NCBI GenBank assembly: GCA_964188305.1
Contig: OZ076885.1
Length of the DNA stretch: 64,000 nt
Direction: 5' to 3' (one strand)
From: Podarcis bocagei
Lineage: Eukaryota
Shown here: in pieces, positions 10,799-23,600 of the stretch
How positions within the stretch are numbered: the stretch's first letter is position 1
Layout of the letters: each line of letters opens with the position of its first letter
Position numbers and translations under genes: made by a program
The notes under the pieces: model-generated
The model's database searches: none
What the model saw: the letters and a program-made list of their open reading frames with translations, nothing else
What the model was told of the DNA's origin: nothing

Positions 10799-12140
10799 AG
10801 TCACATTAGGCAACAGTCACAAGAGGGGCAACTTACTATACTTTTAATGTACTACTGTAAGCACCTCTTCCTATCCAAATGAAGTGTGTAATTTTTAAAA
10901 ATGAAGATTGTACATTAATTAAAAGAATGCTAAGCTGATTGCAACAGTAAACTTTGTGTGGGTGAAGAGAGATGAAGAACATTACAATGGCAACACCGAA
11001 ATCACAGAAAAGGCAGGCAAGGTTTTAAAATGTAATTTCTGTTAAGTGGCAGCAGAAACAGGAATGACCCAACACACATTTGAATGTACTGGTGGTATTT
11101 AACAAAAAGTAGAATACCAGAGAAAGATGCAGGGCAAAGCTTTGAAAGTTTTTTTTTTTAACACCAGTGGTATTTTAACATACACTGAAGTTTAGGAATG
11201 TAGGCTGCAGTGGAATTTTTAAAAAATTTACATCCAGAGTGTTTGATTCTAAATGTCATTGTTTTTTAATAAAGTCATCAGCTTAAAGGTACTGCAGTTA
11301 AAAAACAAGGCGCAAAAACACCAAGGCAGACAAAACAGTTCCATTCACTTAATGTCTACAGATTTTACACATGAGCACTTTTCCTTAGTCTCATATGCAA
11401 ATATAACTCCTACATTGCCTTCAATATGTATTTGATTTCTGTTAAGCTGTTTGCCCCACTTTTAACACCATTCAGATGCAGAAATAGTAATAGGAGGGAC
11501 TCAAACTGCTTTTCATCTTGACTTGTGAGAAAGGTCTAGGAGGATGTAGATGAACAGGGAACCGATCATGAAGACTGAACACGGAAATTCTATTTTGATG
11601 ATAAAGCAGTAACTCTAGAATGGGCACCACAAACAGACACACCTTTCTTAAAACAATTCACAAAACACCTGTAGATCTCATTACTAGAGACTGTTGTGAA
11701 GGGCAGTAGCTTTGCCAGATTAAAAAGGAATTAACAAGTGTATTATTGTATCAATATATTAGTTAAGAGTCTGAAGATCATAACTGAATTTTTGGATCCT
11801 GAAAAATAATTGGAGGAAAACACTATGGTTGGCATCTCTCTCTCTCGGGAGAAGCACTATCTCATGTCTTTTTGATGGCTGGTCACGGAAGAAGACAGGA
11901 TTCTAACATACAAAGTGATGATGTGAATAAGGCAAATAAATACATATAATACTGCTCCTAAGTTGTTTGAACTGTAGCTTTTCTATCACAAATAGGCCTC
12001 CATTAAATAGTACTTCCCTTTTTTGCAAGCTATGAAGGTGGATGACAATTTCCTAATTCAATATAATCATTTAAGATCCAGTGATCATAAAGACTACCAC
12101 CAGTGAAGTCAAAACATCACCACGTTGGTCTCCAACTCAG

Positions 12141-12398
12141 GGGTTGCATCCAGAAGTGGAACTCTATTAATTGTACACTTCAATTGACAATGGGGAGGTG
12201 ATGGTTTTGGTTATTCCTCTTCATGCCCAGCAGCCTCCTATGCACCCTGCAAATCTGCTCCAGAGGCTTAGATGACCCTTTGGAACAGAATGGAAGGTAA
12301 CAATTAAGGAAAGGGGAAATGAAAAATCTGTTTCCCTCCCTTCAGCGGAAGCGTCCATTATGGTGATGTCCCTTCGGCAAACAAAATGGATACAACCC
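12141..12398. mobile_element. old MITE inside the CAPRIN1 3'UTR
   Basis: terminal inverted repeats GGGTTGCATCCA and TGGATACAACCC. Confidence 0.55.
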
Positions 12399-14624
12399 AA
12401 TGCCTTCTGGTCATGCTGAGTCACTATAGAGAACATAAGGAATCAATAATATTTAGAAGAGTAGAGCTCAACTTTAAGACGTGTACTTTAGTTTGATTAT
12501 AGTGCCCAGGGATTCTGGCCTTTATAGCTACAATATTGGCCCTGAAAGTACAAAAATAGTTGGGTAAAATCTCAGAAGCCAAAGAGGGAGGTTAGCAGTA
12601 TTTCCAAAGTATTCAGAATGTATGGCTTGATTGTGCTGCATGGCTCCTTACAGCCAAAGCCTGCAAAAAATTGTGTAAAATAACCCCAAAGCATGCTATT
12701 TGCATAATTCATACTTGCACAGCTTTTCTAGACAAAAATTGGGTGTGTGGTTGTGTGTATAATCACACCACAAATTTCTGCCTATTTAGTTCCTAAATCT
12801 GAACCTTTGGCTTCAGATACTGTACCAACCTGTTAGAAGACTTGCTTAGCTGTATAAAATGGATGGGGGTCACTTTTTAGAAGTGCAAAAATGCTACTTG
12901 TAAGTACTTAGTAATTACAACCTAGGACAACCTCAAAGATGAAAGCAGGTAATTCTCATGGTGATAGCTGAAGTCTTTCTCCTTTCTAAATAAATGGAGG
13001 TGGGCACAGATGCTAAGTAATTTAAGAAGAAACCACTACTTGCCAATCAGATTTTAAAAATCTATTCTCTTTTTCAGTTCAATTAACTATATCCATGAAA
13101 CAAAAACAGTCTTAAAAGGGGATCAGCACCAATACAAAAAGGGCACTGTGCACACAGAATCAGCCTTCTGCAAATATATTCCCAAATAATTCAGAAACTC
13201 TTGTTCAGTGGGTTCCATGGGCTGGACTGCTACATTCAACAGGTGCCATGACTACAATTCTCACTACCTGCTCAAACTATTATGTACAGCTCATGAGATG
13301 GCTTGAATGATCAGCTTCAACAGTCTTCAATTGGTTGGGGGGGGGGGAGCAGAGAAAGAGAAAGAGAGAGAATGAGGGGGAGAGGGAGATGACTGCATCT
13401 CCTCAGAAGATAGGAGATCTGGGAATGTGCTTCTGAAGTTTCTGTTTCCCTATTACATTTGCAGTAGTCACTTAAGATACGTTAAAGAATACATTTTTTT
13501 ATAAACATGTTTTATTTATCTTGCTTAAATCTGTAACTGCTGGCTGTAATTTCCCTTAAAGGGGAAACCGATCCAAACACATACTGGTGCTTTTCAAAAG
13601 AGAGCAATTTAAAAGGGCAGCAGCAGGGATTTGAGATTTCTTAAAACCTTCAGGCTGCAAAATAGAAATAATGTAACCAAAAGTGTTATGAATATCCATT
13701 AATTCCCATCAGTACCGACATCAGTTATTTGGGCAATAATACAGCAAGATCAAGTATCAGTGGCAGACAAGGGGGAAAAATAAGGAAAGATAAAAATACC
13801 AATCCTTACAAATGTCATTGCTATCCCAGAAATGTGTTCAGGAGAGAATTCTTTAACACTTCACATTGCAAACAAATGTGGCCATTCAGATTACATCTTC
13901 TATTTCTTACAGAAAAATTTAAAGTGCCAATCAAAGCCTAATTCTGGGTTTACACAATTATATCAACAGCTACACAAAACAATTAATGCATCCCTTTGCC
14001 ACAGCAAGTCAGGCCTAATAAAAAAAAATGCTGTAACTAAGGGTGTGCCCTAAGCTGTCCATCAGCTTATTAGTTGGGGTATAGGCATCATTTATTATGC
14101 ATCACAGATGTTCAGTGCTTCAGTCTAACAGAAAAAGCTGAAATGCAGTTGCTCTGTCAAACCACAATTCGCTTCTTCCATCTTCCTTTCATGTCAAAGT
14201 TTAAATACACCAATTTTCTGAGTAAAACATTTAGGGATTTAGATATTTTTATCCGAATTTGCTGCAGCACTATATAATGTCAACGGAGTCAGTGGGGTTA
14301 TTTCTGCCTGTTCAGTTAACTATGGAGATTTTCATAACCCTAAAACTGCCATTTTTTGCTTTTAATCAGAGCAAGGGTAAAAATTCTGGATCTCATGTGC
14401 AAGGCTCAAGATGATGCTTAGGATAGAACATGCAGAGTAAACGTTGTTTCTTTCCATATCCAGGTATAAAGCTGACAACTGTAGTCTTGTCTTTATGGGC
14501 AATGAAAATAATCCCTTTACTATGAACTTCCTATAAAGGAGAACCAAGAGATAACTCTTCTGGAACATGTATGGTACACTGGCCAGTGTGTTTTTGGCGT
14601 TTAAATGTAATCCTGTGAATTAGT

Positions 14625-14689
14625 TTAATTCACTTGCTGAGCATTCATTTGAGGCATCCCTCTGTTGGGTCTTGGGGGCCCTCCACGAC
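14625..14689 (-). CDS. CAPRIN1: CAPRIN1 exon 19 coding part (stop codon)
   Basis: 65 nt, (G)RGGPPRPNRGMPQMNAQQVN then TAA at 14627-14625. Confidence 0.97.
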
Positions 14690-17600
14690 CTAGAAAATAA
14701 AAATAGCATTTTATTTTTGGATCAAGTGAGATCCTTTAATAGTCAGAATGGCTGCCTCTCTAAAGTCTGGTCCCCTACTATGTTTGTCTAATAAATGCCT
14801 AGAGACAATAAGAAGAGGAATTATACCTATTCGCTCACCAGGTGAAGACAGGCTTTGAATGTACACAAACAACTTACTTACATCAGTCTTAAATCTAACC
14901 TTTGTTCCAAATGCCTACCAATCTACTACCAATAAGCCATAAACTATATTTCAGTGAACACAACTACAAAGTACTATTGAAATGTAGTAACTGAATAACA
15001 GTATTGTATACAGTTCTAAAACAAAATACAGTATAGACAATTGTCAGTGTGCTGATCCAAGACACTAAAAGGGCAGTATCTGGTTAGAACTGCTTCCAGT
15101 GGTTCTATTTCGTTTTTCGGTACATCAAAGCAATCGTAAGAAATTCCTGTAATTTACTTTCGTTCAATGGATTTTCTGGAAGGATTTATAATAAAGTTTG
15201 CACTAGATGAGATTTAGCTATCTTTTTTGCCTCATCTTAAGTCCTACATCCATTTTCAGCTGGTGCACTAAAAATGATTGGCTTCTATCCACTCAAGAGC
15301 AGGCATAGTGCCAACATGTAGAGTCCCCCACCCACAAGACTAAAGAGCCCTTCCTCCCACCAAGTGTGCATACATTGGTGACATAAGGGGGCACTGCAGG
15401 GAACTAAATACCTGTTTACGTGCTTCCTATAGCACCATCCAGCTTCCTTCTGCACATCCTGTGCTCATATTGGCAAGGGAAATTTGGGGTGGGGTGGGGT
15501 AATAGGCTCTACTGAGCCCTCTGGAATGAATTCTTGCACAGGGAGTACACCCACACTTGACTGAACTGCAGCCACTGCTTTGCTTATTTTCCAATTGCAA
15601 ACTATTTTGTACACTTACGTATAAAGCAGCAAACAGAATAAAGTTGTAAATATGTATGCTATTTACATGCAAAATTGAGTAGGTCTTTTTCAACAGATTC
15701 CATCTGGATACAAGAATATAGCATCTTATGTAGCTGAAAACAGAATTTCTGAACAGGCTACAAATAATGCAAGATCTTTATTGAAATCCAAGTAGCAATA
15801 GCAAAATACAAAAGCAGACACTATTGGAGCTTGCCAAACATTTTTCACAGCAGAATTACACACCTCACAATTGGGTAAGCTTGCATTTTCAACAGTGGCT
15901 TGGGCAAGGAATAAAAAGCAACCTAGTAGCCTTAAATAAAAGCCGAGAAAGGAAGTTTAACAATATACAGTTCAAAAATCAAATTCATGAACAACTTTCA
16001 ACAAATGTCTACAACAGTTAAACACATGTGAACTGAAACAGCTGAAAGTCTGCAACTCCTAAGAGCCTCTCTACAGATTCAATCAGAGATTCACCACTTG
16101 AATATTACCTCGAGGGGCTCCCCGAGGACCACTTTGTCCAGAGCCACGCTTGAAATTCTGTTGATATCCATCCTAGAAAAAAAGATGACCAAAGAGAAGT
16201 GCAACAAGTTTCATTAAAATGGTTTTAAAAGTTGTCATTTCAGTATTTTATTTCAGGATATACCGTATTTTTCACTCTTCAAGATGCACCCAACCATAAA
16301 ACGCACCTAGTTTTAGAGGAGGAGAACAGGAAAAAAAATATTCTCTCCCACTCAGCGAAGTGGCAGGAGAAACAGAGCCCCTTCCATTTCTCCTCCCGCT
16401 TCACTGAAGGGGCACTGCGCAGAGAGGGAAAGATGCACAGCGCCTCTCCAGCGAAGCGAAGCCAGAAGAACAATAGGGGTTGGTGCGCACCGATCCCTCT
16501 TGCTCTCCTGAGTTCAGCGAAAGCTGCGCAGCCTGCATTCACTCCATAAGACGCACACACATTTCCCCTTACTTTTTAGGAGGGGTTGCGCCTTATAGAG
16601 TGAAAAATACGGTCTTATAGAGTGAAAAATACGGTTAGTTTTTGGAAGTCCCTGTCCAGGATTCAAATGGGCATATGTGCTATTTCAGTCACACCCTTAA
16701 AAACCATTTCAGAAGATTGGGGGACAAGGGGATGCAGCTAAGAGAGAAAGCCATTAGCACCCTTCCTTTCTTGTGCACACATAGAAATGCTTTCTGTTCA
16801 CACATGGGGCAGATGGAATTCTGGCCCCGGGGAATCAAAACCCAGAAAACGACAAGCTGGAATTTGAACACAATATTGCAATGTCCCTAAGAACAGAGTT
16901 CTAGTCAATCTAGAACAAGAGACTTGCAATGTTGTTCAGGAGGGGTGGCGGGGGAGAGAAGACAAGAATTTGGTGAAAGAATACCTTTTTTCCTCAACTT
17001 CCACCCAACCCCTGGTGATCCTATGTCGTTCCATATAGGACTAGGCAGCTGCCCACCCCAACCCACAGTATTTTATAACTATTATTTGAGGCAGGAGAAG
17101 AGAAACACAGGCATCTTTTTTCATTTCCTTCCTCCTGAGAAAGCCACCACTTCGCTTAGGGAGAAGAGTTGGGCTTCTTAACCACACAGCACTCATTCCC
17201 TCCCAACTTGAACCCTCTGTAGCTCCAGGGCACTTACTATATGCCGCCAGGGGCTTGAGTAAGCCTACTTCCTATCTCTGTCTGCCCTCTCCCTCCCTTC
17301 AAATGACACACTTTCTGTATCTCAACTCAACAAGAGGTATAACTGGTAAAATTCTCAAAGGCTGCTGGACCTCTGGTTTTTTAGGCAACAGATGGGGAAC
17401 CTTTGGCTCTCCGGATGCTGCTGAACTACAACTTCCATCAACCTCAGCAAACATGGCCATTGGGCTAGGCATGATGAGAATTGTAATCCAAAAACATTTA
17501 GAAGACCAAAGCCCCCCCCCCCTCACATCTGCTCTAGACCCTCCTCTCTCTTGGCCATTAGCAGTTCAAGTTCACAGATTGCTGTCAGATATTTTGGGGT

Positions 17601-20600
17601 GACTCAAGTTAACAAACTGCCTTATAATTGGCAGTATAATTCTATACTTCTACATACTTGAGTTATGTAGAAACTTCTCCCTTATTCTTTGGTGAGCTCA
17701 TTTTGCTTCTCAATTGATAAGCCCCTCACCTAGTAACGTCAGTACTAAATGGAGAATGATGACAAATGGATGCAGTCTAACAAAGCAGACTAGGAGGCAG
17801 AAAGTACCGTATTTTTCGCTCTATAACGCACCCGACCATAACACGCATGTAGTTTTTAGAGGAGGAAAATCCGTAGGCATGCCACCCGTAGGCATTCCCT
17901 CCATAACACGCACAGACATTTTCCCTTACTTTTTAGGAGGAAAAAAGTGAGTGTTATGGTGCAAAAAATACGGTATATAGGCAGTGGCCTATTTGTACCC
18001 AATGGGAAAACTGTTAACCAAGGATTTCTAAAAGTAGATTTTATCTTTAGATTAAAAATCAATCCAAATATAAATTTCTTATGCAATGAAACTTTTATTA
18101 AAATATGCATTTTCTCAAGCATTATGAACTAAGGAACTCTTTCCACTGTTCCATCAACTTACCCGCTGGTAGGTGGAATAGTCGCGAGGAGCACTGAATT
18201 GTGCCTGTGTGTAACCACTATTTGGAGTGTTGGAAAATGAAGGGCGGTAGCCATCATAACCTCCTAAAAATCAGAGGGGAAAACTAATTGAAAAGTATTG
18301 CATACCTTATAAAGGATATATGTATATATTCAGAATAAAACAATATTCAATTTAAGGAAAAAATATTCTGTATTAAAGAAAGCAATCCAAAGGTCATCTA
18401 AGAGATTGAGAGAAAAAACACACCGGAAGGAAAAATTTCAAGCTGGTAAGCTTTCAGTATAGATATTGTAGTTGTAGTCCAATATCATCTTGGGACCCAA
18501 GGTTAAAAAGCACAGTGACAGGCTTTTACAATGTAATAATGTGCAGCAGGAAAATATGTAACACCTAACCCTTCCTGATACAAAGTAAGTGGATACACGT
18601 TTAAACTGCACCTGGGCTCCTGGGCACTATTCATTGTCTTCAGTTTTGTTCAAGACTTCACATTGTGTGTAATATATATTTAGCAATGTCATTATTTAAA
18701 GTGATTTAATAAATGCAGGCACCAAAATAAAGAATCCCACAAAATGCCATAGGCTGAATAAATGAAAGACTTGCTTTTGTAAGCCAAGGAAGTAACAAGC
18801 CCTGAAAAAGATGCAGCCATTTAGCAGGTTACAAAAATGGAAAGTCAGTTTCATACTACATCATGTTGTTTCCAGTCAAACAACTCCATTGTTAGTTCAT
18901 ACTCATAGTTTGCTGTCATGTAATTTTTACTTGGTACCATATGCACTAATATTATAGCAGAGCAAAAGCGGCAGCAAGCTGACCAATCATATTAAATTAA
19001 TAATTTTTTAAAAAATCATCGAAGCATGCTACTACAATGCTTAAGCTTCTGGACAGTTTGCATTTCTGGAAAACATTCAGAATTAGTCTCAAAAGGTTTT
19101 TAAGTTTTTACCTCTAAACCCATTGGCTGGTCCCCTGTATCCATTCATTAAGCCTCGAGTGCCGCGTGATCCACCACGAGACACTCCTCGGCTGTTATAA
19201 TAAGGCTGACTGTTACGTGGGAACCCAGTATTCTGTTGTGGAGGCTGCTGGTGGTTACCTGCCACTTGATGGGACTGGTCCGGGGAACCATGGTAGGTGC
19301 CAACCACTAAAATGGAGAGAGAGAGAAGAAAGAAGTGCAACAAGCTTGAATTTACTTATAATTCCAGTTTCCTAAAGACTCAAATAATATCAAGCTAACT
19401 CACCAATGAACTTTGCTTAAGAGCCACCAAGTACGACAGTAAATGTTTACCTACCTAAAGAAAGATTGTTTGCAGAATTAAATTGAACATTGCAGTCTAA
19501 ATACCCTGATCATTGAGAATGTTCTCTGGATGTCCTTTGGCATAACCACACAGATTTAATTTGATAGTGCTTAACATTTGGGAGGTGAATTTTTATTTCA
19601 TGTAGTTCATAAATGTACCAAACTGCACTTTTCTCCTAAGTCCCTATAAATACTATAAAACTTCCTTCCACCTCACCATACATGCTTGAAATGCTACTTC
19701 AACAGCATCAATCAAGATATGCTTTGTTTGGTCTACATTATCTTGAAAACTTATCTTTTCAGAATGAAGCATTTAAGTTCTATCTTTCACAAGTTTACCT
19801 GTCTGAAGCTGCTGTTCTTGCTGAAGTTCCGATTGCTCTACTTGGTGAGGCTGATTGGAGAAAGGCTGGCTGTAACTGGTCTGGTACTGATTTTGTTGCT
19901 TTAAAGTTTCTGGCTCATTGACAGGAGGAACAGGTGCATTCATGTTAAATACCTATAGGAGAAGTAAATGAGAACCAAAGAGATTCAATATTCTGAATAA
20001 ATTGATAAATTACCAAATACACTTTGCAACTTTTAGAAAGTTAAATGTCTTGGAAACTATTACTACTGTCCACGGTACAATTAACCATTATGTAATCAAG
20101 ATGCTGACTTACAAATGTTTTGCAATCTATAATAAATATGATTGTTTAGTACTTACTGTCTGCATGGACTGGAATGGAGCTGCATTAACATTGATTCCGC
20201 TGCTATGCAAAGGTTTGCTAGAGGCAGCCTGAAATACCTGAGGCTGGGATGCAGCTGGAAGAGGCGATGATGTTGGTGTCTGATCTGCACTTAAGGTTAT
20301 TGAAGCCTGCCAAATAAATTTCAATCTGATGTTAGCAAGCCATGAATCAACTTCGTGTCATATCATATTATAAAAGCATAGGTAACTGATGGCCAAGCGT
20401 TCCCAAGACAAGGATAAGCTAAGATCCCTACTTATCTAACACTTATTATCATGCTCTATGTCTTTGAGATATGGACCTAAGCATTGTCCCTCTACACTAC
20501 ACCCATATACATGAGGTTCTGGAGCAGGTTACACTGAATCAGTAATGTCCCTCCTCCCCTTGCCAAGCAAAATGAACTTGCCTGAATCTGGTCAATTGAT

Positions 20601-23600
20601 TCTTTCTGAGGCCGTTGTTCTGTTGAATGAGAAGGCTGATACATGGGCTGGGATGCTGTATATCCCTCACTTGTGGAAGAAACCAAGGGGACCTGTCAAA
20701 GTTTTAAAATTAAGCAGATACTCCTGCCAGGGCCTCTGGGTAAATTTCTTGCTATTAATCTCATATGGTTTTACTGACACCTGCGCTAACAACATTCTTT
20801 TGCTCAGTTCAATTACCTTTAGATTACCTTTAGTATTCATTACTCCCAATATACAATTACAAGTTTTGCCAAAAGTTTTATTTTGCAAGTTTCCATCACA
20901 GGCAAATGAAAAAACAACATTTTGCTAAATTTTTGCCACATTTTAGTATTTGCAGAACTGCATGCAAACATAGATGTTCATACACCTGAGTGCAGGCTAA
21001 TACTAATTTCAAAATACTTGGGCCTATGATAAGGACTTTCACATGATGGGGGCAGGAATAGGCCTCAGACCTTCCTGACAACATACAAATTAAAAGCTTG
21101 TTTTGAGCTAGGTGAACTGAGCTTACAATACAAACATTATTCATGAGATATGGATGTTTCTTTCAATTCCCTGCGGATTGGGAAGAAAACACAGATAGGC
21201 AAAACATTCATATGGGGACTCCTGAGGACAAAATCCAAGGCCCAAATATGTAGTAACAGGAATCTGCCTTACAGAGCACCAAAAGATTGGTGCCTCTCGC
21301 TTGCCTATGCCGACTGGCAGCAGCGCTCCAGGGTTTTGGGGGAACAGAGAGGAAATTCAGCCAATAGTTGTCCAGGTACAATTCTTACCTGTGTGGCTTC
21401 AGGTTGGACAGGAACCTGGGTGGACTGCGCAAGCCTCGATTCAGTATGAACTGGAAATACAATAATATTAACCATAATAAAATAGTGTGTGTGTTAGATA
21501 TTATCTGAACTACTGTCTATTTGTTTTATATAAGCTTATATATTTCTGCTGTAGAATACTGCATTGAAACTGAACATATTAGTTTTCCACATTAAACCTA
21601 ACAGCTGCAAGCACAGCCTCAGATTGTATCTGATTTTTTATTAATCAACTACTTGCTCTTTTGTTCAGTATTTACAAGCCTGGCATCAAACAGACTTCAT
21701 CAGAATATAAAAAGTAGTTCACATCCTACTAGCCTCACTTGAAAACCTATAAGATGACAAACGTTTCTACCAATCAACTCCCTTGACAATGTTTAAATAA
21801 TGCACATTTCTAGATTTAGATTTCTGAATTCTTAGTAACTTAGTACTTCCAACTATACCAAAATCTTACTCCAACTAGATATGAATTCGATTTTACCAAC
21901 CTGGAGGGCAAACCATCTGGGGTATATCCAAGTTTTGTGCTGCATTCATAGGCTGAGCTGAAACAATAGCAGGGTCGAGTGCCTGATTCTCAAATTCCAA
22001 CATGGAGTCCTAGATAATTAAGACAAGATTCAAGCAAGGTACAAAAGAAACAGAATCCCTTCAAAAGTACCATATATACTCGAGTATAAGCCAACTTTTT
22101 CAGCACATTATTTATGCTGAAAAAGCCCGCCTTGGCTTATACTTGAGCAAGGCGGGCGGCGGCAGAGGGACGAGCGACCCGAAAGGAGCCCTTTCTCATC
22201 GCTGGTCCCACCACCTCTCACAAGGGCAGGCACAGGAGCTGCGGTTGGGAGAGGTGCTGCGCTGTGCTGTGCCTTTCGGGTTGCTTGTTCTTCCACCACC
22301 GTTTGTGGTGTGGTGAACCGGCTTATACTCGAGTCAATAGGTTTTCCCAGTTTTTTGTGCTAAAATTAGGTGCCTCGGCTTATATTCAGGTCGGCTTATA
22401 CTCGAGTATATACGGTAACCAGCAAGCCAGCCAGGGCTGACCTCTCTGAATTAAATGAATGCAAGTGAAATGTGCCCAATTTCAACTGGACTGTAATTCC
22501 CGAGAATCCCTTTTGACCAAATCCAACTATGAATAAGGAAAACAACATACCTGCATGAAGTTGTAGGGGCCTTGCATTTGTGCCATAAGGTCCTGTACTC
22601 GTTGTCTCCTAACAAGAGGATCTGCTTGAGCCACAGCAGTAAGCGTATGGGCATCTGGAACTGGAGGAGATGTAGCCTGTGGCTGTTGCTGGAGCGAATT
22701 TACCACCTACATCAGAAATGGCCAACACTGAGAGTCAGTCTGTCAGTTTCCGCTACTGGCCCACTATTATTATCACAACCGCTAAACTGGATGTGCAAAA
22801 TATGATATGTAAAAGAATGCATTTCCTGCAAAGGAAAGCATTCTCTTTTAAAAATGAGTATCATAACTTAGTATTGCTGCTTGTTCAGCTTCACTAAAGA
22901 TAGAGAAGTGAAAGTTGGCTGTAGTGAAAGTCGAGGGCACTAACATCTGACAATCTACCACTGAAACCCCTTTATTGTCAGCATGTATTTTGCTCACATG
23001 CTTTCGATGTTGATTGGTAATATAATGAATAATGTTAATTTTAATCCAGACTGACAAATAATCTAATGGGTTCTGCTTGTGTTCAAGAATCTTTATCAAA
23101 CATTCCCACGCATCAGTTATTCAGCAGGAATATGAGGGAAACTGGTTCTGATGTTGTACAAAGTCTATAAATGCAATTCTTTCCTCTGCAAGAATATATG
23201 TTGCAAGATCAAAGCAAAAAGGAAAATGTATCAACAGAGTTAATTTGTGTTCCTTGAAAATATGTAAAATGTGCCCATGCGTTTTGCAACTGCGTGCATG
23301 CATGCTGCTTTTAGAATGCAATTGCATTTTGACATTTGAGGCACTGAATAGATGTAAGGCAAGGCTTCAAGTTCAGTTGTGCATTGAATTATTTCCATTC
23401 TTCAAGAGAGATTTCAAAGTTCTTTTTGCCTTTTGCAGACTCAGGAAATACTGGACTAGAGATACTTTATTTTAAGGAACTTTATAGTACAAATGCCTGG
23501 GGAGAAAATGGAAGGTGAAACTTGAGCGGTGTTACTAATAAATAAAGTTGTTTTCACAGGAAACAGGTGTTCGTGTGTATAAGTTGCTCAAAGTATATCT

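Larger units (their letters stand above)
10770..14624 (-). other. CAPRIN1: CAPRIN1 long 3'UTR
   Basis: AU-rich, nearly repeat-free sequence after the stop; AATAAA at 14091-14096 and 13511-13516, ATTAAA at 10843-10848 and 10793-10798 followed by GU-rich sequence; distal end inferred. Confidence 0.7.
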
